Origin: the human T2T-CHM13v2.0 reference genome, Homo sapiens
Length of the DNA: 64,000 nucleotides
Reading direction: 5' to 3' (one strand)
NCBI RefSeq assembly: GCF_009914755.1
Contig: NC_060937.1
The notes beneath the pieces were generated by a model. The model searched no databases. It saw nothing but the letters and a program-made list of their open reading frames with translations, and was not told the DNA's origin. Below, piece by piece: positions 18,200-33,301 of this stretch. The position numbers were made by a program, and so were the translations under genes. The stretch's first letter is position 1, and every line of letters starts with the position of its first letter.

Positions 18200-19150
18200 C
18201 CCAGCGGGCTAACAAGGGTCCGGCCTCAGAGAGGGTCTCGGGGATCCCAGAGGTGGGAAAGTCTCCGGAGGCGCAGGCCCCGCTCTCCACCTTCACCAGG
18301 GTCGGCGGCAGCACCACGCCGGGTCGCGGGCTGGCTGTGCGCGCCGCGGCCCCACGCCCACTTCCGCTTCCCGTGCTGGGGGCGGTGGCAGGGCCGGTGG
18401 GCGGTGGCGGCTCCCGGTCTCGGCTCGGGCACGGCCCTGGGCAGGCCGCCCGCCAGCCGCAGGGGCGCTCCTGAGCTTCGCGGGGCCGCAGTCCGGGATG
18501 CCTGCGCGAAGGGAGGGGCGAAGGGCCGGCCGTTGCCGACGTGGGTGTTAAGTGGCCGCCCCAGCCGGCGACCCGGAGCCGAGAGCGGGCGGCGGAGCCT
18601 GAGCTGGACGCGGCCACGCCGGCGCGGCGGTGAGCGCAGCCCGGTCTGGCGCCTGCAGCTGCGGGGAGCGCGCCAGGCAGAGGGAGCGGGGAGCGGGGCG
18701 CGGGGCGGGCCTCGGTGTGCGGGCGGCGTGACCTTCCCGAGCGGCGGGGGAAGCGGCCAGCGTCGCAGCGCACGTGCCGCGGGACTCGGAGAATCTCGGG
18801 GTTGTCGGCCTCCTTCCTGCAGTGCCCACCTGGTGGGAACTTTTGTCCTTGTTTGCCCCCAAGTCCTGTCATTTGGCTGCGGGGCTCCGCGCCTCAGGGG
18901 CGCCAGTGCTGGGCAGCATGGAGCCGCTTGTGAATGGAGACTTGCTGGCTGCCCAGGAGTGGGCGGCTGGGCAGGGGCGGTGAACGTTTAGGGTCCGGCC
19001 AAGAAAGTTGGAAGTCGTCTCCCTGACCTGTTCCTTGCGAGGCCCGGGAGGAGACGCGCCTGGCCGGTCCTTGGCGGCGAAACTGATTTGCATCTCCACG
19101 CTTTACCTAAAGCCCGGGCTCTGGGGACTGGATGGCGAGCTGGCCTGCGG
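18200..19150. promoter_or_regulatory. CpG island / probable bidirectional promoter of SLC25A15
   Basis: Very GC/CpG rich; GC box 18350-18359, tandem ETS CTTCCGCTTCC 18361-18371, E-box CACGTG 18771-18776; CAAGGTCA nuclear-receptor site just outside at 18129-18136. Confidence 0.88.
18577..18629 (+). other. SLC25A15: SLC25A15 non-coding exon 1 (start approximate)
   Basis: Donor GCG|GTGAGC at 18630 inside the CpG island; the TSS cannot be read from sequence and is set from recalled gene length. Confidence 0.7.
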
Positions 19151-19498
19151 CTCCTTTAGCCAGAAGCTGGGATCTTCCCGCAGCAGTTCGTGTTCCCTGG
19201 TGGAAAATGCAGCCTCATCTACTGACTCTCCCTTCCAAAAAAAAGTTATTTTCCCCAAGGGTCGAGAAAAGTGGGTGGTCGGCACTGTTGTTCCTCAGTT
19301 GCACCCTGGTGTAATTTGAGAGAGGGGTCAAAGGCGCTGAAAAGATTCTTTTTTCTATTCCAAGTGCTACAGCAAGCTCATAAATCAATTTTAATTCATG
19401 CTGAACAGTCTTGCCTCCTCCAAGCCCTGTGTCTTCTCCAAGCCAGAGCTACACATAATGTGAATTAGCTGCCCACTCCTTCTGAGTGAATCTGTTAG

Positions 19499-19898
<400 letters not shown>

Positions 19899-20265
19899 TT
19901 AATTCTTAGGGACAGATAGAATGTAATGTGATGTGACTTTCCTTCAAAATTAAGAAGGAAGTGTCTGTGCCAAAAGAAATAAGCGCATTGAGGTTTATCT
20001 AGGAGGCCACATTGTACTTGCCTCTGTCTGTCTGCTCAGTTGCCCCCGTTTTTTTCTTTCCCAAAAATATAGGGTTGGGTGTTTTGTGTTGCCTTTGGCC
20101 AGGTTGAAATACTCAGATTAACGGTTGGTTTGTAGGCACAGGCCTGAAAAGACAGGACTTTGAACTGAATCCTCTGTCACTGACAGTTGTGTGGCCTTGG
20201 AGAAGACCTTGTCTTGCTCCAGGCTTTAGTTTGCCTTCTGGGAAAGGATTAGGACCCTGATAAAC

Positions 20266-20622
<357 letters not shown>

Positions 20623-21129
20623 AGGACCCTGATAAACTTTTTTAGGAAGATACCAGATGGCCACCACCTTTTCAGCCTAGTGAATGGTCCTGTCTCTCCA
20701 GACCTATCAACAGCATATAAATCAGTGTCTTGCACTTCTAACTTAGTTGCTTTATTAAGTAATGTGCCGTTGTTGCCACTGGTTTTAAATTTTTTGTGAA
20801 TAAAGGAGGATTATTGAAGTCTCGTCGTTGGCAAGATGCTTCAAGAGGTTTAAACAACTTCTCCACGGCCAATGTTTCCTGTTGACGTTCAGGGTGACAT
20901 TGGTGTTAGGAGCGTGCTTGGTGTTCATCTCTGATCCAGCACGATGGGTCACACGGCTCCTCAGTGTGATGAGGAATAAGTTGTTCCTTATTATTTGCAA
21001 ATAAGTTACTAACACCGTTTGAAAACTGTACAGGATTGGTCGTTGAGTTGGATATTTTAGTCAACATTTATTAAGCCCATGCCTCAACAGTAGTTGACTT
21101 TTGTCTAAAGAGAGAGAAAGAAATTCTAG

Positions 21130-21428
21130 TTTTCCCAAATGCCCAAGGCTCCAACCAAAACATACTGAATCCAGATTTCCAGAGGAAAGTCCTGGCAATT
21201 TGGATATTTAATAAGTGCTCCAGGTTATCAAGTGGATTTGGACACAACGGCCCAGGTGTTGTATCTCAAAGTGTGAGTCTGTGGACTGGCACTGTCCGCC
21301 TCACTTGGGAACTCATCAGAACAGGCAGAACCTCTGGTCCTGTCCAAGGCTACTGAATCAGAGGCCGCATTTTATTTAGCAAGGCCCCCAGGCTACTCCT
21401 GCACACGTTTACATTTGAAGGGCTGGTG
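21130..21428. mobile_element. MER5-type hAT MITE remnants (two adjacent)
   Basis: TACTGAATC..TTTAATAAG..CCCAGG.. motifs typical of MER5A/B. Confidence 0.5.
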
Positions 21429-22192
21429 GTCTGTGGTGACGGGAAGATGTGTGTGACAGGAAGATGCTTGCGCAGGGCCTTGTTCTAAGAACACATGATG
21501 CTTGTGCACGGTGTGGCGTCCCATCAGTCTGATGTGGCTATTTGTGACTGTGTTTGTTTTATAATATTTTTATTATTCACCTTGTACAGATGAGGACTCC
21601 CAGCTGTAGAGGCTGAAGGAGCCACACTGCAGGTAGAGCAGGCATTCACCAAGGCGTGTGTGATCCCAGGGTGCAGCTCCCACCCTTGGCTGCCTGGGTG
21701 CTCTTTTCCAGACCTACTGTCTTGTGAGATCCCCTTAGGCACCCAGCACAGGCTGCTGTCTGAATTTAGAACTGAGCCTGTTCAATTGATGGCTCAACAT
21801 AGGCCTCTAAAAAAACAAGTCTGATGCGGTTTGGTACACCTGTGGTTGGCTTACTTATTTGGTGTTCGTTTTTTCAGTTTTCAGAAAGGTCAGTTGAAGT
21901 GCTGCTGGTGGCTGTAGCATTGATACACAGGGGAGGTTTTTGATCTGTGAGCTTTCTAGGAGGCAGTTGCTAAGCTGCACTGATACCTTGAGCCCCTTTC
22001 CTTTGGAACAGTGTGGACCCCAGGTCATGGCTCCCAGAAGTTTAGGTTCTGTAATTTGGCTGCAGGCCTAGAGAACAGGATGCTGCAGACTTGGACTAAT
22101 GGTGAACTCTTGCCTCCCCCCAGGGATATGTGGTGCCTGTCATAAGCTCCAGAGAGCTGCCTTCCACAAGACCAGCAGAAGAGTGGGCAAAC

Positions 22193-22247
22193 ATGAAATC
22201 CAATCCTGCTATCCAGGCTGCCATTGACCTCACAGCGGGGGCTGCAG
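22193..22247 (+). CDS. SLC25A15: Mitochondrial ornithine transporter 1 (ORNT1), coding part of exon 2 (exon starts 22124)
   Basis: MKSNPAIQAAIDLTAGAA; acceptor AG 22122-23; donor GT 22248; 55 nt. Confidence 0.97.
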
Positions 22248-22250
22248 GTA

Positions 22251-22591
22251 CAGTCATGTGCCTCATCACCATGTTTCTGTCGTTGATGGATGGTGTATCT
22301 GATGGTGGTCCCATGAGATTATACTACCATATTTTTACTGTACCTTTTCTGTGTTTAGATACATTTAGATACATAAATACCACTGTGTTATAGTTGCCTG
22401 CAACATCCAGTACAGTAACATCCTGTACAGGTGTATAGCCTAGGAGCAATAGGCCATACCGAATAGCCTAGGTGTGGAGTAGGCTACGCCATCTAGGGTC
22501 AGGTGTGTATGCTCTATGATAGCACAATGACGAAATTGTGTAATGACATGTATTTCAGAACATGTCCCAGTCATTAAGCAATGCCTAACTA
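22251..22591 (+). mobile_element. Tigger3a/MER7A (Tc1/mariner-Tigger MITE) with TA target duplication
   Basis: Starts CAGTCATGTG..GGTGGTCCCATGAGATTATA; internal GCCTAGGAGCAATAGGC; ends ..TTAAGCAATGCCTAACTA; TA at 22249-50 and 22592-93. Confidence 0.85.
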
Positions 22592-22981
22592 TAATCCCAG
22601 AGAAAACCCAGTTCTCTCTATTCCTCAACTACTCTCTAAATGAGATCAAATGAAAGTGGTATGAAAATACTACCTTTCTCCCTCCAGTACTTTACCTTTG
22701 GGATTAATCCATTTGATGGAAGTTTAGTATTGTTCAGAGAGTAGCAGAAGCTAGAGGAGTGTCCGTTATTGTTAACACCTTGTCAGTCAGGGTGATGGGT
22801 GGAAGGTGCCCAGTACAGCTGGAAAACAGCTCAGAGGTGAAGCCACGTGTCCATTGTCACCTGGCTGGGATATGCAGGTGATGTGGTTCTTCACTTCAAG
22901 CCTGGCAGTCTTCAGAGCCCTTGTTGTGCAAAAATAACACCATAGCATCTCCTGGGAAACACCACTTACTGTCCCTGCTAG

Positions 22982-23321
<340 letters not shown>

Positions 23322-26300
23322 AGACATGTCTCTGAAAATGAGACTGATAATGGACTGTGTCTTAGAGCCGTGAAAGTTGTAGGATTTGCTGGGAATGTCA
23401 GCTAACCTGAGCCTAGGGGCCTGAGCCCAAGAGCCTGAGGCTCCCCCAGCACAGGGAGGTGCTACCTGTGATAAGGGGTAGTGCTGGCACCATGCAGGCT
23501 ACTCCTTAGAAAGATCAGCTTGAACATGCAGGAAGAGCAGGACCCTCAGGCTGGGAAACAGGGCGGAATGGGAAGTGCATGGTGGTAATTTGGTTCTCCA
23601 GAGTCCAGAAGTAGGAGGAGTGGCTGGAATACTGATTGCCCAAAGGAAAACCCTGGACTACCCTGGGCTCCCGCAGGATTCTCATAGTAGTTGCAGCTCC
23701 CTGGAGTGGGGAGGCCAGCGGGGGTGTTGCCCAGTGCTGTCCTTATCCAGCACACCCCCCACCCCCACCACCAGCAGATGAGTATGGTCATGAATATGGT
23801 CACCTCATCAGTCATTTGCTCAATTGTGAAAAAGAAATTGTTCAGAGAAGAGCAAAGTGTTTTTCCATGAGCCAAAGGTCAGCCAGGGTATGCTAATGAG
23901 GAAGACTGGAGAGAGCGCGTCACCGTCACCGAGCCTAATGAGGAGCACTGGGCAAGGGCACTTCTCCCAGGGCAGAACCCACAAGGAGCGTCCCAGCCCC
24001 AGATGCCCAGGGAACGGAAGGCCAGTGGGGGTCTGCCCAGTAGTCTCTTGCCCACTGCGTGCCTTTAGGCTACAGCCTCCCAAGCCCCTTTCCCCCTCCC
24101 CTCCCCCATGCCACACTGGGGAGGACGCTGACCCTGAGAATGGTGCAAACATCTGCCTGCCCCAGGCCGCCTCTCACCAGCGAGTGAATGCTCTTGGGCT
24201 CAGTTCTGTTTCTGCAGAAGGAGGGTGTTTAGCCACATATAGTCTCAGCTTTTGACATTTTATGTCTTTCAGTCAATCTGTCAAAGATCTAGAACCTATG
24301 GTGATAGAATTTAAAAGTTTACCTTTTCCTATTTATGTGCATACAGGTATTTGGGTACCACATTTATAATTTACAAGTTAGTTTGAAAGATAGAAATTGC
24401 AACAGTATGGTTGGGAGCCTGGTATGTAAGGCATTTGCTGGTGGGCATGTTTTGAACATGTATTGATCCCTTATGTATACTGACACACTGTCCCCATCAC
24501 TGTTGGACAGGTATTTCCCCCTGTGCTGGCGACACAGGGACGCCCCTCACCGAGGTAGAGATGCTGTGGGTAGTCTTAACTTCTGAGGACAACGAAGCCC
24601 ATTCCTGGGGGGACAGGATAGGGAGGGGGAGCGAGACATGGTCTATAGGTTGGGGGCTGGGCAGAGGAGGTGCCTAGCAGTGACACAGAAACCTCTGTTC
24701 TGCTGTGAGGCCTATGGAATGCAAATGGAACCCACTTTTGAGGATCTTGGAGTCTTGGAGTGCTGGAGCTAGAGAGACCTTTAGACATTGTTGGCTCCAA
24801 TGCTCGTTGGATATGTAGAAAAAGGCCCACAGAGGAGCAGTAGATTTGTTCAAGGTTACACAGCAAGATGGTGTGAAGACAGGGCAGGACTGTGATCCCT
24901 GGGTCCCTTGTCTGGTGTCGTTGCTGTCTCTGCTTTAGTACTCCGTAATGCATCTGCAGCACACTGGAGGGGAGGGTTAGTTTGGAGCCTTTGGGCCCTG
25001 CCTTTCTGGATGTGGAACTTGCTGGGCTTTGGGAATTTTCTGCCAGCCATTGATAGGAGCAGAGGACCTGTTGTGTTTTGTGGCAGAGGTCACCCACGGA
25101 AGCGATCCATCTGTAAGCACAGAGCCAGCTGCAGCCCGAGGTGATGTGGATGGAGCTTAAATGTGGTGTTGTGTGTGTCTCTTCTTTTCCTTTAAACAAC
25201 GTTTTCCCCACCACACAGGTTTTTAGCCAGCTTATCTACTCTAAAGTGCTGGGAAGTTCCCATTTCCCTATCTGCAATGGCTGTAAGACATCTAGATCCC
25301 TAAACAGCTAGGATAAAGGAGGATTTCAAGAACTTAGGTGATTAGGTAATTATTGAAATGGGGGTGCGTGGATCCCAAAAGTTAAATAGCCTTAAAGAGA
25401 AACTTGGTACCACTTTAATAGTCATTCAGCAACTCTAAAACAATGCAGTCACTACTTTGACTACTGTTGCAGTTTACCTTGTTTAGCATAGTTGGAGAAT
25501 GTGGCATTTCAGATCATTGAAGTTTATCTTCTCAAATGCCAAAATTAAAAACAACCCCAAACCTTTTTTGATTGGAGTTTCTTGAAAATGATATTCTTCC
25601 CTGCCCTGTTAAACCTTTACGATGGCCTCCAGAGGGGTTTGAGGGTCTCACCTCTGCTTGGTGGGCCTGGTCCTGTGGTGTGAGTCTGCTTCTCTCTCCT
25701 CACCTCTCTGCCTTCTTCAGAGCTGTCCCTTCCCTGAGACACTGTCCCTGCCCTGATAGATTTCCTCTGTATCTCGTGATTTACTGACTCTATGTCAAGG
25801 ACTGAAAATCCAAACCACCACCCTTAGTAAAGTGTTAGGTATGACATAATCTGAGTGCCTTTCCTGCGGAATAAGATGCTTGGCTGGCCACCATATCGCC
25901 GAAAGAATGTTGTTATTTGTCTTTTAAGGAGAATAAGATCAGAAGTCTGATTTCTAGGCAAGTGGAGAAATATAATATTTATTCATGGCTTTATGGACTT
26001 GATCGATCTTTGAGAACCTACTAGGTGTCAGTCTCTGTGGTTGGTACTGGTGTTCAGAACAGTCTTCTCTCACTTGAGGGCACAGTGAGCGCCGTGACCA
26101 TATCATTTGTGGTAAATTACACGGGAAGTTAGCTTACCCTTGCAGAGGACGGGAGACAGTTGTTGCTAGCATTTGTACATTCATTAGCCTCCCCCTTCTC
26201 CCTGTTGGAAATGTAACTGTCCCAGCTACACAGCAAATGTGTATTCTAGTAACCTGTGATGCCTGAACTGTTCAAGATGATCAAGTTAAAATATGAATGT

Positions 26301-26968
26301 GCTGAATTAAATGCTTTATTCAGCTTATCTGCATCTAGGCTCTCTGAATTACGCACCCACTTAAAACATTCTGTCACCTTTTCTCTTGGAATAATTAAAT
26401 TATTTTAATGTAATTCAGATTTCTTTTTATCCTAGCCCAGCATTACCTGGGAGAGAATGACTCAGGATTAATCATAATAAAATCATATTAAATTATATTC
26501 CACTAATTCAGAATTGGGGATAATTTGGCAATTAAAGGCGGAAGTGTGTCATTCCTCTCCTGTAAGAAATGAACAGTAATGATGGGCTCACAGAGATCAT
26601 ATTGCTTGTTGCTTAAAAAAGAGATCAAGCAGTTTTCAGACTCTGGAATTGTTGGCTTATTTGCCAATAAATAATTGAGAATTATTCTTAATGTCCCTTC
26701 CCCCAACTCCACTTTCCAGAGTTTAGATGGAATAACTGTGTATAACATCAAATTCAGGAAGTTGCATTTCTTAAATATTTTCTGTAAGCCTTCTTTTGCA
26801 TTTTGATGAAGCTTTAAGAGCTCCTCTCAGGTCCAGAAGGAGACGGTAAACACTAACCACTGGCAGTTCCCACGACGCCAACCCTACTACAGGGTGTGGG
26901 GATGTTGTAGGGTGGTTACAGTTCATTCTTCTCTTCTGTTTAGAATTTTTACTAAAATGATTTCACGT

Positions 26969-27344
<376 letters not shown>

Positions 27345-27976
27345 TCATTCTCTATTTACATACACGTTATTAATCGGTAGAGCTCAAATTAAAGAGGTTT
27401 TTCTATAGAATGAAATATTTAGCTCTTTGGGGATTAATTAGCCAGACTCCTTGTTTCCTTTCCGTGGTGCCGGGTCTGATCAGTCCCACTGGGCATTAGG
27501 CAAAGTGAGCGATGAAGTCTTCCCAGGTCTCCCCTCCCTTTCTGTGGTTTCCGTTTCTTGTGCACACAGTAGCTGCTGTTTACTGATTACGTAGCCGGTG
27601 CTGTGCCAAGCCTGTCTCCTCCATTTTTATTTAATCCTCACGCTAACCCTGTGAGGTGGCATGGATGAGGAGCTGAGGCTCAGAAGTTACATGGCTTGTC
27701 CAGGATCTCACAGCAAAGCCATAGTCCCTCTGACCCTATTGCCCAGGCTCCTACATATTCACTGCACTGTTTGCCGCTGTTGAACACATGTCTGTCTCTC
27801 TCCCCTGCCTGGCATGAGCTCCTTCAGGGTGGGACTTAGATGCCAGGCACATCAAGGACCTGCTCTAAATTGTTTACTGGACATGGCTGGAAGGTTTTGG
27901 AGGAAAAGAGGTTGAAATGAACCGAAGCAGGGGTAAGTTCTGGGGTAGGCTGCCTGTGCCTTCCTTCCATGGATAA

Positions 27977-28282
<306 letters not shown>

Positions 28283-28339
28283 TGAGTCAAGGACACACAC
28301 TTTTTTTATTTGTTTAAAAAAACCCCACAAAACTGGCAA

Positions 28340-28477
28340 GACATGGTGGCTCATGCCTGTAATCCCAGCACTTTGGGAGGCAAAGGCAGGAAAATGGCTT
28401 GAGGCTGAGAGTTCAAAACCAGCCTGGGCAACACAGCAAGATCCTCATCTCTACAAAAAAATAAAAATTAAAAAAAA
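28340..28477 (+). mobile_element. FLAM / Alu left monomer
   Basis: Left-arm sequence ending in an A-rich tract. Confidence 0.75.
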
Positions 28478-29916
28478 TCTACTGTTGTATGGTCACAATT
28501 TTACTGGTGCCTTATGTGGAAGAACATTTCCTTTTTTAAAAATAACTGCTTTCCTTTTATTTATGAAGTTATACATTGTCATCATATAAAACTTAGAAAC
28601 CACATATGCACACCACAGAGGAGACCTGCTCATCATCCACCACTGAGAATGAACCGCCCTTCTGTTTCAGTTTTCTCCAGGAGAATGCTGTTCAGATGCA
28701 GCTGGCAGTGCTACCTCTCGTCAGCAGACATGCTGCACTGAAACTGTAGATGCTGCTTATGATCCAAGATTTAGCTTTTCTTTCATTAGCAAAAAGCAGA
28801 GTATTGGAAGAGGTTGTCTGAGCCAGATGAACTTGAGGAGTTTTAGGAAGGGTCGGAAATGTCTGCGAAGATGCAAGGGAACCCACCTTTCTCTGTCCAA
28901 ATCTTCCCAAAACATCAGACTTTGCCTCTTTGTTGGTCTTGCCTTGGGTATTTATTATATAGAGACTAAACAGAATTTGGAAACCACTGGGATGTTTAGC
29001 TATCCCTGCTTTGAATGTTGATTTATTTTATACCACTTAAAATTATTATATAAGCTTCAAGATTGCAAAGGGCAGTCTTAGTTATTTCAGTAGGAGTTTG
29101 AAACCTGATTGCAGCTGCAGGTCCCACACAACTGAATTCGGTTTCTTGTGCACAGCACTGTTCTCTGGAGGTGCCTGGAGGTCTGAAGGTGTGCCCTTTT
29201 ATAGACAGGAATTCCACCATGATGGGTAGAGCTTGTTTTTTAAAAAGGCTTGGGACTAGATACGATTGCCCAAGAAGACAGTGTAGACAGCGAGGAGGGC
29301 TGAGCATGAATGGGATGAGCCTCCAGCACAGAAAGGGCAGGCAGGAAGGCAGTAAAGAAACAAGCAGGGCACAAACCAGGAGAGTATGGCATGCCATGAT
29401 GGAGACTGAACAGAAGCAAAAACTACAGGCAACTGTAGTTTTGTTCCCTGTTGAAGGAGAGACACTCTATTAGAGAAGACCTGGAATTCAGTTCAGTTTC
29501 CTTAGCAAAGGACAAAATGGGGAGAGAAGACAGGGAAACAGTAAGCAGCCACGTGAGATTCTGGGGAAGACCTGTGTCTTCTGAGCAAAGTAGCCCCTCC
29601 AGCCACAGGATAGACAGTGACTTCTGTCTTGCATGAGTGAAACCACTGGATCTGGCTCTGCCCGCCCCTCCACTTTCTTGCTTCCTTAGCCTGTGAACAA
29701 AGTGAAGGACAGGTAAGAGCATATTGCTTTTCTGCTGAGAACAATCTAATACCTTACAGCTGCATTTTCCCACACTGCTTTCAGAACATTGAATTGCTGG
29801 GTGTCCTTAAGAAAGGGTTGGGAAATTACGTCACAGTGTCTCTCTCGTGAAGAATCACTCTGGGTACATTTATTTCATATAGTGTATGTGTTATTTAGTT
29901 CATTAAAGATGCGTAA

Positions 29917-30222
29917 GGCTGGGCACAGTGGCTCACGCCTGTAGTCCCAGCACTTTGAGAGGCTGAGGTGGGCAGATTACTTGAGCCCAGGAGTTTGAGA
30001 CCAACCTGAGCAACATGGCAAAACCCCGTCACTACAAAAAATACAAAACTTAGCTGAGTGTGGTAGCACATGTCTGTGGTCCCAGCTACCAGGGAGGCTG
30101 AGGTGGGAGGATTGCTTGAGCTCAGGAGGCAGAGGTTGCAGTGAGATGATGCCACTGCACTCCAGCCTGGGCAACAGAGCGAGACTGTGTCTCTCAAAAA
30201 AAAAAAAAAAAGAAAAGAAAAG
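29917..30222 (+). mobile_element. AluJ-type element
   Basis: Alu dimer with poly(A). Confidence 0.88.
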
Positions 30223-31545
30223 AAACCATCCTGATTAACCTTGTCTAATCCAGCACTCATCTTTTTTGAGCTTGGGCCCGTTTTTTTTTTCCATCCTGAG
30301 GAACAGTGTTTGCCTCTTACCTGTTGGGGAAATGCTCTCTTAGAGTCTACAAAGCTCTGACATGTATATCATGTCTCTATAGCCCTCACCGTGATCCTGT
30401 GAGAAGAGCAAGGCAGATGTTACCTCTCTTAGGGATGGAAAACTGAGGTGCCGATGTTGACCTGCTCAAGGTCACCCCGCTAAGGACTTGAAATTGTGTC
30501 CTCTGAGCTCCTGCCCAGTCTCCTTTCCATCAGACCACAGTTGGGGGTCTGGAATATTTTATAAGGGTCAGTTCTAGAGAGAAGATTAATCAGGAGCAGT
30601 GAAAGGAAAGAACTGCTTGTGAGAGCCTGTGGTGAATTTCTGCAATCACATTGTAAATATTTGTCTGTTCCCGGTTTCAACATGACCCAGAATGTTCTAG
30701 TTTGACGTTTGGCTGGACAGGGTCTTACATAGCAGGAGTGCTCAGGTACATGTTTGTTGAACATATGACAAATGGATGATTCTTACAAAATCCCATCCTA
30801 TACCTATTACTGTTTCAATTCCAGTTCTACACATTCATACTACATGCAGAACCAGGGGCCCATGCACCTCCTTCTGTGCACTGGTCAATGAAAGTATTTA
30901 TTGGAAAGCCAAAGTCCACTGCATATCTGATTTGACTGTGTCCTTGCACTATAATAATGTGCTTGGTGTTCATTCAGATGTCTGAGCCATTATTATATCT
31001 TAAACTCAATAGACTTCTACATTTATTGACTGCCACCTTTGTCCTGGCAAACTTGGCAGATCCTGGTTAATGCTCCTAATTGACTATTGCCTGTCAACAG
31101 GTTAACAGAGAGTCCCTGAGGGAGGCCAACTGTGGATCTGCAGGCTGGCTGCAAGACAACAGAAACCATTTTAAGCTTCAGTTCTAACAAGCTGCTAAGG
31201 AGTGAAGTGGGGGAAAGGAGTGGACTGAACAGCATTGGATGGTTTCCACACCCCATAAAAGCGTGTGCAAGTACATTTGTGTACCTGGTTCTCCTTTGCT
31301 AATGGTTTTAGGCTTAATTCTCTAACATCAAAAGGAAGTCCTTACTGCAAACAGTGTCTTCCTACTGAAAGAAAGCTCCACTCTAAGCCAAGTCTTCTGA
31401 AAGAGTTGCCTCTGGCCATGGTACAGAAGCTAGACCACCAGGGACTAGCAAACCAGGGCCAAGACTGGTGCCACCTTGATTTTATACTAATCTTTAACAC
31501 TGGAAAAACTTGAGTACCCCTGAATATGGTAAGTCCATCTGTGCT

Positions 31546-31837
31546 TTTTTTTTTTTTTTGAGACGGAGTCTCACTCTGTCGCCCAGGCTGGAGTGCAGTG
31601 GCGCAATCTTAACTCATTGCAACCTCGCCTCCCCAGTTCAAGCAATTCTCCTGCCTCAGCCTCCCGAGTAGCTGGGACTACAGGCGCCCACCACCATGCC
31701 CAGCTAATTTTTGTATTTTAGTAGAGATGGGGTTTCACCATGTTGGCCAGGATGGTCTTGATCTCTTGACCTCGTGATCTGCCCACCTCGGCCTCCCAAA
31801 GTGCTGGGATTACAGGTGTGAGCCACCGTGCCCTGCC
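31546..31837 (-). mobile_element. AluSc-like element
   Basis: TSD CCATCTGTGCTTT. Confidence 0.9.
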
Positions 31838-32126
31838 CCATCTGTGCTTTTGCTCACAGTTTGGAGAAAAATTGTTAGGGGATTATATCTCTACCTGAGT
31901 AGTTAGCTGAGGAGATTCCCACCCACCCTTAGGGGTTTTTGGAAATCTCTGAGGGTGATCTTGGCTGTCCAGTGAGAGCATGATGCTGGCATTGAATGGG
32001 TGTCAGGGAACCAGTTCAGTCCTTCCTGCCCAATGAAGGATTGTCCTACCCCCAAATGCCAGTCATGATCCCATGACACAACACTCTTCTAGGGCTGGAA
32101 GGGATCTTCTATCCCAACTCCCATGA

Positions 32127-32454
<328 letters not shown>

Positions 32455-32974
32455 TCCCCATATTCTTGAACTCTTACTGGATTCCAGTTTCACAACCCTG
32501 CTGGTGACATTTGGCTGCTGGTACTAAATCCATACATGAGGTGAATGCTTCTGTTTTGTATTTGTGCATTCATCCCTCTGCCTAGTTTAGATTTCCAGTT
32601 TAGCAATTTCACCTAATACCATTGAGCTTGCAGACTTGTACTGGCTTCACCCACTCCTGTGGCACCATTTTACCCTCGTCTGTGTTGCTGAGGTGGTAGG
32701 TCACCAGTTGAACTGGAAAATCTTTTTGTGATGCAGCAACTTTTGGTTAAACGTTTTTTCTGGGTTTTCATCTGTGGCAGTTACATTGCACATCTGGTTG
32801 CTCCAGGTTGGATTGTGGGCATGTGGGGATAGGCTTAGAACCTAGATTTATTTAAAACTTAGGGCAGACACACTGAAGTATTAATAGTGCATGTTTTTCA
32901 GTGGGGGACTATGGGCAATATTTTCCTCCTTTCCTTTAGGTTTTTTTGTGGCGTTTTATTTTGTCATGTCACGA

Positions 32975-33301
32975 TGTATCTTGGCTTTGGCTGTTGTAAC
33001 AGAATACTACAGATTGAGTGGCTTAAACAAACATTTCTCACAGTTCTATGGTCTGAAAAGTCTAATATCAAGGTTCCAGCAGATCTGGTGTCTGATGAGG
33101 GCTTGTTCTTAATTTGAACATAGCCGTCTTCTCACTGTGTCCTCATATGGCAGAGAGTGAGCGAGCTCTCTGGCCTCTTCTTCTAAGGGACTAATCCCAT
33201 CACAATGGCCCTATCCTCATGACCTCATCTACACCTGATTACTCCCAAAGGCCCCATCTCCTAACACCATCACCTTGGGGGGATAAAATTCAGTCCATAG
33301 C
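32975..33301 (-). mobile_element. MLT1A-like MaLR LTR
   Basis: GGCTGTTGTAACAGAATAC..GGCTTAAACAA..GGACTAATCCCAT..TTCAGTCCATAGC. Confidence 0.75.

Noticed and set aside
18318-18991. Long GC-rich ORFs (upstream part of the 251-aa - ORF; 195-aa + ORF)
   Set aside because: Explained by CpG-island composition; only 18317-18177 was kept, because it ends at an in-phase donor
24576-25214. 212-aa - strand ORF in SLC25A15 intron 2
   Set aside because: Near-cognate start, no domain, and partly overlaps MIR-like sequence
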